Positions 10,109 to 19,723 of a stretch of DNA of 64,000 nt are shown here, in pieces. Below the pieces are notes generated by a model. That model worked only from the letters and a program-made list of their open reading frames with translations, was not told where the DNA came from and did not search any database. A program made the translations under genes and the position numbers. The DNA is from a virus. The number at the start of each line of letters is the position of its first letter. Position 1 is the first letter of the stretch. Where the stretch lies: the IMG/VR virus record IMGVR_UViG_3300017989_000002; one strand, given 5' to 3'.

Positions 10109-10519
10109 CTACTCACGTAGCGTGCATGTGGGGAAGGTGCAGAGCGTGCAGAACTTCTCGCTGAAGTCCTCGATGTCCATGCCGGTGCGGTTGCACTGTG
10201 CCAGGTACACGTCTGGCTCGGGCCACTTCCGCTGCTCCAGGAGGCGCAGCATCAAGGCGAGCTCGTGAGCGACCGCCTTCCGGACGAGAGGGATGTCTCG
10301 GCCATCAGGCCACCGGATGAGGCGCTTGTGCTGCGTGACGGGGCCGAAGCAGTCGTCGCGCGGCTTGCGCAGCGAGACCGTGAGAACGAGCTTGCGGCTC
10401 CTCCTCACGTACTCGGCCTTCGCCTCGAGGAGGCGGAATCCGTGCCGTGGGTGAAGCGCTATCGTCTGCACGTCCCACTGACGCCTCCAAGACGCCCGCC
10501 CGCGCCCGGTGCTCCGCAT
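10109..10519 (-). CDS. hypothetical protein, Cys-rich C-terminus
   Basis: TGATG coupling; CTLC..PTC. Confidence 0.65.
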   Translation of the reverse strand: MRSTGRGRASWRRQWDVQTIALHPRHGFRLLEAKAEYVRRSRKLVLTVSLRKPRDDCFGPVTQHKRLIRWPDGRDIPLVRKAVAHELALMLRLLEQRKWPEPDVYLAQCNRTGMDIEDFSEKFCTLCTFPTCTLRE

Positions 10520-10764
10520 CAGTGGGTCTCGCCGCACCTCGTGCAGTACCGCGCGACGCCGTCCGTGAGCACTCGCTCCGGACCAGCGCCGCAGGGACAC
10601 CCGCACCTGGCGCGCGCGACACCAGGGCGAGGTCCGCCCTGGTCGTGCAGACGAAGCGCAGACACACGCTCCTGGAGCCGAGCCCACCACGCCTCCACCG
10701 GACGGAGGTCCAGGAGAACGCTACCCCCTACGGGGCCGCCGGCGATGGTGAGCTGGACGTCCAT
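10519..10764 (-). CDS. small zinc-ribbon protein
   Basis: CGCPCG...CTRCG. Confidence 0.6.
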   Translation of the reverse strand: MDVQLTIAGGPVGGSVLLDLRPVEAWWARLQERVSALRLHDQGGPRPGVARARCGCPCGAGPERVLTDGVARYCTRCGETH

Positions 10765-11807
10765 CAGTCCTCGACCTCCGGATCGCCGTAGCCCGCGGGG
10801 TCGATGGGCTGGCCGTCATCCACGTCGGCGCTGTCGTCGCCGACGTTGAAGCCGAGCTGCCGAAGCCGCTCCGGGCCGAGAGAGGCCAGGGCCGCCTCGA
10901 ACTGCGCGGGATCGATGTCCGCAAGCGTGGCCTTGAGCTGGTCCACGGGGTGGACCTCGGGAGCGACGGTGTCGGCGTAGGGTCCCAGGTGCTCGTCGTC
11001 GTAGTTGTCGAAGCCGGCGGCGAAGCCCGCCTCGGCGTCGCCAACATCAGAGAACTCCTCACCGAACGGGACCTCCTCGACGGGAGCGCCGAAGTCGGCC
11101 GTGACGCCGTGGTCGAGCTGGTCCCCGAACGCCTCCTCCTCGGGCTCCGGCTCGGCGACGTACTCGTACTGCGGACGGACGCCGCGGAGCTCCGGGGGGA
11201 TGGGGAACAGGGACTGGCCGTGCATGTCCTTGAGGGCGACGCCGCACTGGTCGAAGACTGCGATGGGGTCCCCACCGACGCCGATCTCGCGGAGGGCGAG
11301 CATGAGGACGTTCACCGAGTTGGTGATGCCAGCACGCCACATGGACTCCTTGTCCTTCGGGTTGCCCATGCTCTTCGGCAGCGAGTAGGACGCGCCGTCG
11401 GACGAGACGAAGACGAAGGCGTCGGGGGTCGGGCCCTGGCGATGACTCAGGGGACCTGCGACGACGCGGGGCACAGGCGAGCCGGGAGCGATGGGCTGTC
11501 CAGTGTCGACCGAGCGAGCCTGCCCGGTGTCGACCAGGTGCTGCGCATCGTCCGTGCGGCGGCTGCGCCGGGCGGCCGGGTGGGCTCCCCGCATGAGCGC
11601 GCGCGCCTCCTCCGGCCGGTCCTGGCTCATGAGCATCTCGTACTGGACCTTGCGCTGATCCGACCGAAGCAGGCGCTTGGACTTCTTCGGCGGAGCAGGA
11701 GTCGGGCCCCGCCGCCCCCGGCTACCGTCGAGGACCAGAGGGTTGCCTCCGCCGATCAGCGAGACTCCGGCCTGCCGGGGCAGACCTCCGAACTTCTTCT
11801 CCGCCAT
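10764..11807 (-). CDS. hypothetical protein, basic N-half and very acidic C-half
   Basis: start MAEKKF with GGGAGAG RBS. Confidence 0.75.
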   Translation of the reverse strand: MAEKKFGGLPRQAGVSLIGGGNPLVLDGSRGRRGPTPAPPKKSKRLLRSDQRKVQYEMLMSQDRPEEARALMRGAHPAARRSRRTDDAQHLVDTGQARSVDTGQPIAPGSPVPRVVAGPLSHRQGPTPDAFVFVSSDGASYSLPKSMGNPKDKESMWRAGITNSVNVLMLALREIGVGGDPIAVFDQCGVALKDMHGQSLFPIPPELRGVRPQYEYVAEPEPEEEAFGDQLDHGVTADFGAPVEEVPFGEEFSDVGDAEAGFAAGFDNYDDEHLGPYADTVAPEVHPVDQLKATLADIDPAQFEAALASLGPERLRQLGFNVGDDSADVDDGQPIDPAGYGDPEVED

Positions 11808-11817
11808 TGCGCTCTCC

Positions 11818-12045
11818 CTACGTGAACTGGATGCCGAGCGCGGGAACCGAGCTCGTGGGTGGGTCGACCCGGCTCTTGCGGTAGGCCTCCACGGCCTCCG
11901 CATCGAACCGACGGTGACCGGCACCTCTGCCGCCGGGCGTGCGCATCACCGGCCCCAGCTCACCCGCGTCGGCCAAGCGGCGGACGGTGGTCGGGCTGAG
12001 CTCGAGGATGCTGCTCACGTCTTTGACGGAAAGGTGGTCGGCCAT
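11818..12045 (-). CDS. MerR/excisionase-type winged HTH DNA-binding protein
   Basis: LSVKDVSSILELSPTTVRRLADAGEL...RTPGG..HRRF. Confidence 0.85.
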   Translation of the reverse strand: MADHLSVKDVSSILELSPTTVRRLADAGELGPVMRTPGGRGAGHRRFDAEAVEAYRKSRVDPPTSSVPALGIQFT

Positions 12046-12086
12046 GGAGCCTGTATGCCCCACTCCTACCGAGGCTGTCAAGCCGT

Positions 12087-12100
12087 TGGTAGGTTTGGTA
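12087..12100 (+). promoter_or_regulatory. TGGTAGGTTTGGTA direct-repeat site (candidate operator), copy 1
   Basis: identical 14-mer on - strand at 37282-37295; both copies are in divergent intergenic regions. Confidence 0.5.
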
Positions 12101-12117
12101 AGGCTGGAAAGTTCAGT

Positions 12118-12134
12118 CGCATAAGGAGTTGGAG
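12118..12134 (+). promoter_or_regulatory. CGCATAAG promoter-like motif
   Basis: CGCATAAGGAGTTGGAG, 50 nt before ATG 12168. Confidence 0.75.
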
Positions 12135-12167
12135 CGGAGAACCTCCGACAGAATCCTGGAGAAACCC

Positions 12168-13223
12168 ATGTTTTCGATTGAGCCGACCGACCCACAGTAC
12201 GCTGACGGACGAGATCCTCGCTGGCCCGACCCTGGTACCTGGCACTTCGTGAAGGACCTCATGGCCGCGGTGTGGGACATCAACGTGGAGGAGTTCCCGA
12301 ACCACGTCGTCCCCATCACCATCGTCTCCACCCTGGAGTGGGTCCAGCTGAACGCGGTCTGGATCTTGCGCAACACCGGCATCTACCAGACGGACGAGCC
12401 CTACTCGTTCGTCTTCGAGTACGACCAGTCCGAGCTGAGCCCCGACGACATCGAGCTGTTCCGGGACGCGCCGGAACGCAACCAGTTCGACGCGCGCATC
12501 AACGACCCGGGCCTCTCCGCGCGCGAGCAGGAGGAGGCCCTCGGCTACGTCCGGGAGTCGGGCTTCTACATGTGGGAGAAGGGGATGACGCGCGAGCAGG
12601 CGTCTTCCCAGTCCTTCACGCCACCCGGCTGGGTCATCGAGCGGGTGCTGTGGTGCACGCTCATGTGGGTGCTGTCCAAGAACGGGCGGGACTGGCTGTA
12701 CTGCCTCCACCCCATCGTCTCGTCCACCTACGACTACGGCGTGGCGTACCTGTACACGGAGTCCAACGAGCTGCTGGAGCCCTCGCGGGTGACCGTCATC
12801 GACCGCAAGCCGCACTCCTGCCGCGTCTGCGAGGAGACCCTCTGGTGCGTCCGAGGCGCGCTGCTCGACAACAGGTGGCTGTACGTGTGCGTGAACTGCC
12901 TCATCGGCCTCTGGGAGCAAGACCCGGACAAGACGCAGGACTACCGGGACAAGCGCATCCTCAAGCCGCCGTGCACGCACCTGACGGGCATCAACAAGAA
13001 CCACGTCGGCACCTGCACGGCGACGTGCCCTCACTCCGGCCTCAACCCCGAGATCGTGTGGGAACTCATGGAGGAGGACGCCAACAAGCGCGTCCAAGCG
13101 CGCGTGGCCGAGACCAAGCGCATGGGGCGGAACCCCGCACAGCGAGGCGGCGTCACCCTGGACAACCTCATCGACTACTTCGAGGGCACCGCCCTCCCCG
13201 ACCATGAAGGAGGGACATCGTGA
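12168..13223 (+). CDS. hypothetical protein with multiple Cys pairs (probable Zn-binding)
   Basis: CRVC..CVNC..CTATCPH; GGAG RBS. Confidence 0.8.
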   Translation: MFSIEPTDPQYADGRDPRWPDPGTWHFVKDLMAAVWDINVEEFPNHVVPITIVSTLEWVQLNAVWILRNTGIYQTDEPYSFVFEYDQSELSPDDIELFRDAPERNQFDARINDPGLSAREQEEALGYVRESGFYMWEKGMTREQASSQSFTPPGWVIERVLWCTLMWVLSKNGRDWLYCLHPIVSSTYDYGVAYLYTESNELLEPSRVTVIDRKPHSCRVCEETLWCVRGALLDNRWLYVCVNCLIGLWEQDPDKTQDYRDKRILKPPCTHLTGINKNHVGTCTATCPHSGLNPEIVWELMEEDANKRVQARVAETKRMGRNPAQRGGVTLDNLIDYFEGTALPDHEGGTS

Positions 13224-13558
13224 GCTGGATCAACGACCTGAAGGAGCGTCTCGACGAGGCGCTCCCCGGTCTCGCCGTCGGGCGGGACGTGGACACCATC
13301 TACGTCGAGTACGTGAAGAAGCCAGCGCTCGAGGAGAGGCGCATCCTCTCCATCGACGTCGGGGGGCCGACCGTCGTCGTGCGCGGCCCCCCACGGCAGC
13401 AGTCGTTCATGAGGACGCCGGGCGAGATCGAGGAGGCGTTCGCCTACGCGCTGCGGTCGGTTCTGGACCGTCTCCACGAGAGGCGGCGCATGCACCACCA
13501 GGCGTCGGTCGAGCTCCGGCGGCTCATCGTCCTGCAGGAGCCTACCGAGGAGGCTTGA
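13220..13558 (+). CDS. hypothetical protein
   Basis: GTGA coupling, AGGAGG RBS. Confidence 0.75.
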   Translation: MSWINDLKERLDEALPGLAVGRDVDTIYVEYVKKPALEERRILSIDVGGPTVVVRGPPRQQSFMRTPGEIEEAFAYALRSVLDRLHERRRMHHQASVELRRLIVLQEPTEEA

Positions 13559-14468
13559 AGCCCGGCACCTTGCGGAGGGCGTTGCAGATCTCCCACGTGG
13601 GGTCCGTGGTGTCGAGGCTGGGCAGGCCGTACGTCGAGGCGTACTTCTCGAGCGCAGCATCGAGTCCCTTCCGCGTCCCGTCACCGAGGACGCCGTCGAT
13701 GCGGAGGCGGTACAGGCCCATCCGCTTGAGGTGGGACTGGACGCACTTCCATCGCCGCTCGGTCTCGAACTCCATATCCAGGAGGTCGGGGCTGACGTGG
13801 GGAGCGAACGCCTTGTAGTCCGCGGCGAGCGCATCCCACATCGGCTGGAACGCCGGACCAGGGTCGGACTTCCGTCCAGGAGCCGAGTGCTCGTGTCCGA
13901 TGATGCACTCGGGCAAGATCTGGTGCGCGGCCACGTCGGCGCGCTGCAGCTGCATCAGCGTGGTGAGCTGGTGCGGCGTGTACCCTGCCCACAGGTACTT
14001 CCGGTGACTCGACCGGTGGTCTGGGTAGCGGCCCATCGGCTCCGAGATGCCGACGTAGACCTTCCGCCTGTCTCCGGTCTTCCGGTCCTTGTAGGACTCC
14101 ACCCGGTAGGCGGTGAGGGGCCTCCCCTTCTGCGACTTGTCGACGTACCACCCCTTGGTGTCGGTGCCTTCGGGGATGGGCAGGCCGTAGCCGACGTTGA
14201 CGACCTCGTACCCGATGGAGTCGTCGTTGATGTCGACCGACCCAGCAAAGGTCCCGTCCCCCGCGTGCCAGGCCGTGTGCTCGTCCCCGACGTGACGCCA
14301 GAGGTCGCCGTTGAGGTCGATGGTCCCGTGCGCACTGACCCCGCGCCTCTGGAGGACGTTGTAGGTCTTCGAGGCCGTGAAGGTCGCGCCGTAGTGGAAG
14401 ACGATCAACCAAGGCTTGCCGTTCCTGTTCCGCCGGAAGTGCGTGCAGGGCTTGTCCAAGACATTCAC
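13542..14468 (-). CDS. endolysin: N-acetylmuramoyl-L-alanine amidase (Amidase_2) with C-terminal peptidoglycan-binding domain
   Basis: IVFHYG, VSAH, AWHAG, SIGYE, IIGHEH..PGRKSDPG; C-terminal VQSHL..G....DGVLG.GT; start GTG 14468 or 14498. Confidence 0.9.
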   Translation of the reverse strand: MNVLDKPCTHFRRNRNGKPWLIVFHYGATFTASKTYNVLQRRGVSAHGTIDLNGDLWRHVGDEHTAWHAGDGTFAGSVDINDDSIGYEVVNVGYGLPIPEGTDTKGWYVDKSQKGRPLTAYRVESYKDRKTGDRRKVYVGISEPMGRYPDHRSSHRKYLWAGYTPHQLTTLMQLQRADVAAHQILPECIIGHEHSAPGRKSDPGPAFQPMWDALAADYKAFAPHVSPDLLDMEFETERRWKCVQSHLKRMGLYRLRIDGVLGDGTRKGLDAALEKYASTYGLPSLDTTDPTWEICNALRKVPGFKPPR

Positions 14469-14480
14469 GAGGAGCTCCAG

Positions 14481-14804
14481 ATGCCACGAGATACCCACGT
14501 ACTACCACAGCAGGGAGTCGAGCGCCTTGTGCTCGAAGCGCTGCTTGCGGCGGGCCTTCGCGACGATGCCGCCGCCCTGCTGGCCCACGCCCTGTCGAAC
14601 GGGGAGCGCGTCCAGAAGCTCCTGGCGTCCTGGACGGACTGGGCGACCACCAACTGCCTGTCCTGCGCGCACTCGCCCATCTCGTGCCCGTACTTCGGTG
14701 CGGCGTCGAACCTGGGCGAGTTCCACGCCGTCAGTGCCAGCATCGAGACGCAGGTCTTCAGGTGCCCGTCATACCAGCCGGAGGACGGAACTCCGCCTTC
14801 GTGA
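14481..14804 (+). CDS. small Cys-rich hypothetical protein
   Basis: CLSC...CPYF...CPSY; start uncertain (14481 or GTG 14529). Confidence 0.6.
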   Translation: MPRDTHVLPQQGVERLVLEALLAAGLRDDAAALLAHALSNGERVQKLLASWTDWATTNCLSCAHSPISCPYFGAASNLGEFHAVSASIETQVFRCPSYQPEDGTPPS

Positions 14805-15153
14805 CCCTGCCGGTCGCCGGCGTGATCTCGCGGTCCTGTGCCGTGAACACGCCCTTCACGATGACGAGCGGAACGGTGCGGACCCACCCGTCCTCCCCTC
14901 GGTCGACGGACTCGGGGAACAGGACCAGCGTGTACGCCTGGTCCGCCAGCCCGCCTTGGTCCACCAGGGCGTTCTCCTTCAGGGCGAGCGACCGCGCTGC
15001 CGCTGCGGGAGTCTTGCTCGTGACCTGGAGGGCGGTGACCGGCAGCACCTTCTTGGCCTTGCCGGCCCACGCCGCCGTCGACAGGTCGAGCCCCCGGGCT
15101 GACCCCCTCAGCTGGAGGACCGGCTTGCCGTCCTTCAGGTCCGGCACCGACAT
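14758..15153 (-). CDS. hypothetical protein
   Basis: high-GC3 ORF MSVPDLKDGKP... Confidence 0.6.
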   Translation of the reverse strand: MSVPDLKDGKPVLQLRGSARGLDLSTAAWAGKAKKVLPVTALQVTSKTPAAAARSLALKENALVDQGGLADQAYTLVLFPESVDRGEDGWVRTVPLVIVKGVFTAQDREITPATGRVTKAEFRPPAGMTGT

Positions 15154-15231
15154 GTAGATGACGTGCGCCGAGAGCGCGCGCAGCTTGCTGCAGACCGACA
15201 CGAACACCACGAACCACCTCCCGGAACCCGT

Positions 15232-15239
15232 CGCATAAG
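15232..15239 (+). promoter_or_regulatory. CGCATAAG promoter-like motif
   Basis: 28 nt before ATG 15260. Confidence 0.7.
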
Positions 15240-15259
15240 AGCCTGACGAGGAGACCTTC

Positions 15260-15991
15260 ATGTATGTACCCCACCAGCCGCACCCCGAGGGACGGCGCGA
15301 GCTGACGAACGCCATCAGGGAGTCCCTGGCGGACGACAGCGTAGACCTGCCCTACGGGAGCCAGCTCCCCCGCGTCGGGTTTCTTCCCCATGACGACGAG
15401 GGGATCCTGATGGACATCTTCTGCGAGATGACCGACGCCGGTCCGGTGTCGAACCTCATCGCCGAGCCGCTCATCAACGAGGCCCACAACATCTTGGAGG
15501 GCCTCGACGAGGGCATCTACACCGAGGCCGTAGCCAGGTCGATGCACCGGGAGTGGACTGCCAAGATCGAAGAGTGGCTGTGGGGCATGACCCCCGAGCA
15601 CAAGAAGTTCGACGCCCTCGTGGACCACTCCGTGTGTGAGTGGCTGTGGGACACGGTCTACTCGATGGACGGCGGAGGGGCCTGGATGTACATCCGGTCG
15701 AAGCGCTTCGACCACGTGGTGGCGGAGCTGCCCGTCGAGAAGACCATCGACGAGATCGCTGCCATCGTGGCCGTCCTCGAGCCCGACGCCTTCATCTGCG
15801 TCTGGGACTACGACGGCGTCTACATCTACTGCTCCCCCAACATCCAGAACTGCGGGGAGACGAAGAACCACACCGACTGCGTGGGCGGCGTCAACACCGA
15901 CGGACCCCACCCCACCTACGTCCTCCCGAAGGACATCCTCAAAGGCGCCCTCGAGATCGCCGATGCTGCGGGACTGCTCCATGACCGATGA
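15260..15991 (+). CDS. acidic hypothetical protein
   Basis: GAGGAG RBS; high GC3. Confidence 0.8.
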   Translation: MYVPHQPHPEGRRELTNAIRESLADDSVDLPYGSQLPRVGFLPHDDEGILMDIFCEMTDAGPVSNLIAEPLINEAHNILEGLDEGIYTEAVARSMHREWTAKIEEWLWGMTPEHKKFDALVDHSVCEWLWDTVYSMDGGGAWMYIRSKRFDHVVAELPVEKTIDEIAAIVAVLEPDAFICVWDYDGVYIYCSPNIQNCGETKNHTDCVGGVNTDGPHPTYVLPKDILKGALEIADAAGLLHDR

Positions 15992-16562
15992 ACCGCCCTA
16001 CGTAGCCGTCTACCCCTGCACCGAAGGCGTGCTGGACTGGGCGGCCCACACCCTCATCCCCATCGACCGCGCGACGTTCGATCACCACCAGAAGCTCAAG
16101 CCCATCTACGACGTCGCCCAGAAGTGGGAGATCGACGAGGTCAGCGGGGTGGCCCTCCGCTCCGCCCTCCGGGACTTCAACGCCGAGCACAAGATGGACT
16201 TGCGCCTGCAGGACCTCGGCTGCTTTCCGGTCGACCCGACCCACCTGTTCGTCGACGCCGGCGACTGGATCCTGTGGACGGACTCCCCCGAGGAGATCTT
16301 GGCGTCGGACTCCATGAACATCGAGCTCGCCGCCTACGGGGCGGAGGAGCGCGTGCGATGGGCCGCCCTCTACCTGCCGGAGACCTCGACGCTGACGGTC
16401 TACCGATCGAGCCGCCTGGACGGGAGGTCTCCTCTTCCTGACCACATCCGTGACCTCACCGACCTGCCGGCATGCACCGGCCGCGTCCGAGGTCCTCACC
16501 AAGCCTTCGTCCTGCCGCCCGGCATCGAAGGCCTCATCACCCAGGAGCGTGGACGTGGCTGA
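15981..16562 (+). CDS. hypothetical protein
   Basis: start MTDEPPY, overlapping operon. Confidence 0.75.
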   Translation: MTDEPPYVAVYPCTEGVLDWAAHTLIPIDRATFDHHQKLKPIYDVAQKWEIDEVSGVALRSALRDFNAEHKMDLRLQDLGCFPVDPTHLFVDAGDWILWTDSPEEILASDSMNIELAAYGAEERVRWAALYLPETSTLTVYRSSRLDGRSPLPDHIRDLTDLPACTGRVRGPHQAFVLPPGIEGLITQERGRG

Positions 16563-16887
16563 CACCTACCTGCTCGAGTGGAAGAAGTTCACAGCGGAAC
16601 CCGTGTTCCACCCGGTGCGCGTCGTCAACGTGACGCCGGTGGACAACGACGGTCCGTGGGTCGAGTTCGAGTTCATCGGGGGGCCCATGCACGGGCAGCG
16701 CAGCGGGTCCCCCTTCGTTCACATCATCTCCGAGAAGGAGAAGGGGATCATCACCGCTGCCAGCGACGACATCTACCTCAAGTCCGAGCAGATCAAGCAG
16801 ATCCGCGCGGGCTGCCGCAAGTCCTACCAGGACATCAACACCAGCCTCGCCTCATTCGAGCGCGACCTCTCTCACCTCGTGGAGTGA
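16555..16887 (+). CDS. hypothetical protein
   Basis: GTG start after AGGAG. Confidence 0.7.
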   Translation: MADTYLLEWKKFTAEPVFHPVRVVNVTPVDNDGPWVEFEFIGGPMHGQRSGSPFVHIISEKEKGIITAASDDIYLKSEQIKQIRAGCRKSYQDINTSLASFERDLSHLVE

Positions 16888-16889
16888 CC

Positions 16890-18041
16890 ATGACCGACCC
16901 GATGCCCCGTACGATGACCCACCACACCCCCGGCGTCAGCTACGAAGACCAGGCCCGTGAGGCCGCCAAGTACGCCGAGGACAAGATGCAGGCCCTCTTC
17001 GCCAAGGGCCGCGCCGACCTCCCCGGCTTCCTCGATGCGCTCGACCACGAGGCCGCCGGCCGCGAGGACAGCGTGCTCGCCGCCCGAGGCCTCCGCTTCG
17101 ACGTCGGGGAGAACGACGAGGTGCGCATGCACTTCGGCAACGACGACGTCGCCCGCGACTACGGGCTGCACGACCACGCGGTCGGGCAGCTGATGACCCG
17201 CGGAGCCATCAACGTCCCCAGCCGCTTCGGCCGCGACCTGGCCCAGGGTCCGCGCTGGCAGCGCGACCTCCTCGCCCACAACCTCAACGAGATCTACGAG
17301 CGCTCCGACGGCAAGGTGCTCGTCCGCGCCGTCCACGGCAAGGCCAAGGGCGTGCTCTCCGACCGCTACGCCATCATGGACACCCGTCCGCTGATGGCCG
17401 CCTTCGCCGAGGAGACGACGAAGCTGGGGGCCGTGCCGATCATGACGCACCGGATGGAGGTCCGGAACGCCATCAAGGTGATGCTCCCCCGCATCTTCTC
17501 GCCCGTCGGCTTCGAGCGCATCGCGCTGGGCCTCATGTTCCGCAACAGCGACTACGGCTCGGGCGCCCTCGACATCCGCGTGTTCGCCCTGCGCCTGTGG
17601 TGCACGAACTTCGCGACGATGGAGTCGGAGCTCCGCAAGGTCCACCTCGGCTCGCGCATGATCGAGGGCATCGCCCTGTCGCACGAGACGCACGGGAAGG
17701 TCCAGGACGCACTGATGTCGGCCATCCGCGACATCGTGTCCCAGACCCTCAACGAGGACGCCCTCGAGGCCATGATGGGCCGCATCACCGCCTCGCACGA
17801 GAAGGAGCTCGGCTCGACCGAGTCCGTGGTGAACCTGCTCCGGGGCCAGTTCGGCGTGAAGAAGGCCAAGGAGATCGCCGAGGTGTTCAACGGCGGCGAC
17901 GTGCCCGTCGAGGCCCTGCCGCCCGGGCGGACGCAGTACCGCCTGTCCCAGGCCGTGGGCTGGTGGGCGCAGAACCAGGAGAAGCAGGAGGACCGTCTCG
18001 ACGCCGAGATGGCCGCCGGCAAGCTCCTGGCGGTCGCGTGA
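16890..18041 (+). CDS. DUF932/DUF945-like protein
   Basis: GVLSDRYAIMD, FRNSDYGSGAL, RLWCTN, RKVHLG. Confidence 0.75.
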   Translation: MTDPMPRTMTHHTPGVSYEDQAREAAKYAEDKMQALFAKGRADLPGFLDALDHEAAGREDSVLAARGLRFDVGENDEVRMHFGNDDVARDYGLHDHAVGQLMTRGAINVPSRFGRDLAQGPRWQRDLLAHNLNEIYERSDGKVLVRAVHGKAKGVLSDRYAIMDTRPLMAAFAEETTKLGAVPIMTHRMEVRNAIKVMLPRIFSPVGFERIALGLMFRNSDYGSGALDIRVFALRLWCTNFATMESELRKVHLGSRMIEGIALSHETHGKVQDALMSAIRDIVSQTLNEDALEAMMGRITASHEKELGSTESVVNLLRGQFGVKKAKEIAEVFNGGDVPVEALPPGRTQYRLSQAVGWWAQNQEKQEDRLDAEMAAGKLLAVA

Positions 18042-18319
18042 GCGCCGGCGAGACGGCCGAGAAGGTCCTCGACGAGCTGACTCAGCTCGTCGGGGGCGAC
18101 CGGGCCAAGGCCGCCCACATGCTCAACACGCGCCTGCGCGCCAACGTCAACCCGCTGGAGGTCATCGAGCTCAAGGCCAAGGTCGACGTCCTGCTGCAGT
18201 ACCTCGAGGACGGCTCCCGTGTGAAGAAGAAGGAGATCGCCACCCTCGCGGAGCGGCAGACCAGCCAGACGCTGTACGCCCACCTGAACGCCATCAAGAA
18301 GGACCTGGGAATCACATGA
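18038..18319 (+). CDS. hypothetical protein
   Basis: GTGA coupling. Confidence 0.7.
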   Translation: MSAGETAEKVLDELTQLVGGDRAKAAHMLNTRLRANVNPLEVIELKAKVDVLLQYLEDGSRVKKKEIATLAERQTSQTLYAHLNAIKKDLGIT

Positions 18320-18606
18320 AGACCACCATCACGCTGAAGCTCGGGGACGCCGAGCACACCATCGAGGCCGCCAACTTCATGCTGCTCGTCGAGGATGAGG
18401 ACGGCAGCCTGACGACCTCGGGCATGGTCGGCGGCACCGAAGCCGTCGGCTGGGCCAAGGCCGACATGTTCCGCAAGTTCGCGACGACGCTGGCGGAGGA
18501 CCCGATCGTGGAGCTCAAGCTCCTCGGGCAGCAGATCCTCGGCGTCTACCAGGGCTGGAAGCGCGGCGTCCACGAGGCGTCGGACGCGAGACGGAAGAAG
18601 CGGTGA
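18316..18606 (+). CDS. hypothetical protein
   Basis: ATGA coupling. Confidence 0.75.
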   Translation: MKTTITLKLGDAEHTIEAANFMLLVEDEDGSLTTSGMVGGTEAVGWAKADMFRKFATTLAEDPIVELKLLGQQILGVYQGWKRGVHEASDARRKKR

Positions 18607-18875
18607 CGACCTTCTACGTCTGGGGCGGATCGCTCCGCGGTGTCGAGGTCGAGGCCTCGGATGCTCGAGGGGCCTTCATCCAGGCCGTCGTGGACCAGGC
18701 GTTCTGCCTGGTCCACGGCACGGTCCGGGTGAGCATGTTCCAGGGCACGCCAGACCCCTCCGACACCTTCTACACCTTCGTCGACGAGGCCGACTTCGCC
18801 CGGCAGTTCCCGGAGCTCGCGAACCACCCGGACCTCGACCTGGTGGCCGAGCGGGTCATGGCGTCGAGAGACTGA
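18603..18875 (+). CDS. hypothetical protein
   Basis: GTGA coupling. Confidence 0.7.
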   Translation: MTTFYVWGGSLRGVEVEASDARGAFIQAVVDQAFCLVHGTVRVSMFQGTPDPSDTFYTFVDEADFARQFPELANHPDLDLVAERVMASRD

Positions 18876-19368
18876 CTCCGAGGCCGACGCCGGTGCCGAC
18901 CAGGACCGCCGCAGCGATGCCGCCGACGACGATGTAGGCGACGTTCCGCTGCCGTCGGAAGCGGTCTCGGTCGGCCTCGGCGACCCGGAGGTCGACCGTG
19001 AGCGTGGCGGTCTGCTGCAGGAGAGAGTCCATCTGCACCGTGTCGGTGTCGAACTGCTCCTTCATCGTGGCCCAGGCCGTCGCCGAGGAGACCCCGCACT
19101 CGATGGCCGCGTCCCGGCACTCGGTGAGGGCCCGCTCCAGCTGGGGGACGGCGCGCGCGTTCGCGAGGGCGGTGCGGAGCGCGTCGTCCCGGATGAGCCA
19201 GTACCTGCGCTCGACCCGGAAGGTCCAGCGGTCGTCGCCGTCTACGACCTCGATGGCCTGCCCCTCGACCACAGGACCAACGACCTTGGCGTCGTCGACG
19301 ACCGGCTCATCGAGGGCCGTGTCTTGGGCGTGAGAGAGGGACAGGCAGAGCAGTAGGGCGAGCATCAC
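18856..19368 (-). CDS. signal peptide + coiled coil + C-terminal TM protein (spanin-like)
   Basis: MMLALLLCLSLSHA, coiled coil, VAYIVVGGIAAAVLVG. Confidence 0.55.
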   Translation of the reverse strand: MMLALLLCLSLSHAQDTALDEPVVDDAKVVGPVVEGQAIEVVDGDDRWTFRVERRYWLIRDDALRTALANARAVPQLERALTECRDAAIECGVSSATAWATMKEQFDTDTVQMDSLLQQTATLTVDLRVAEADRDRFRRQRNVAYIVVGGIAAAVLVGTGVGLGVSLSTP

Positions 19369-19721
19369 AGGAGCCTGTTCGCGTCGTCACGCACGGCGTC
19401 GTCACTGGCTTGGTCCATGCGGTCTTGCTCTCGTCCCACAGCACCCAAGCCACCGTCCGCGGCCCGCTTGCCCGCATCCGCGGCGTCCTGCGCGTCCTGC
19501 GCCTGCCGCTGGGCCTCGGCCAAGTTCTTCGCTCGACGGCGCACGCCCTCGAGCACTGCAGCCCCGCCGCCCGTCACGATCACCGCCTCACGAGGCGAAG
19601 CGAAGGCGGAGACGAGGAGGAACGTGCCCAGCAGCAGGATGATCGCCGCGAGAACGACGATGATCTTGGTCTGGGTCGACAGACCCGACCACCACTTCCC
19701 GAGCGCCTTGAGCACGGCCAT
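19365..19721 (-). CDS. membrane protein with coiled-coil C-terminus (i-spanin-like)
   Basis: TM IIVVLAAIILLLGTFLLV, Ala/Gln coiled coil. Confidence 0.55.
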   Translation of the reverse strand: MAVLKALGKWWSGLSTQTKIIVVLAAIILLLGTFLLVSAFASPREAVIVTGGGAAVLEGVRRRAKNLAEAQRQAQDAQDAADAGKRAADGGLGAVGREQDRMDQASDDAVRDDANRLL

Positions 19722-19723
19722 GC

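Noticed and set aside
11818-12045. Excisionase indicating a prophage boundary
   Set aside because: No integrase, att site or host genes nearby; such HTH proteins are common regulators in lytic phages.
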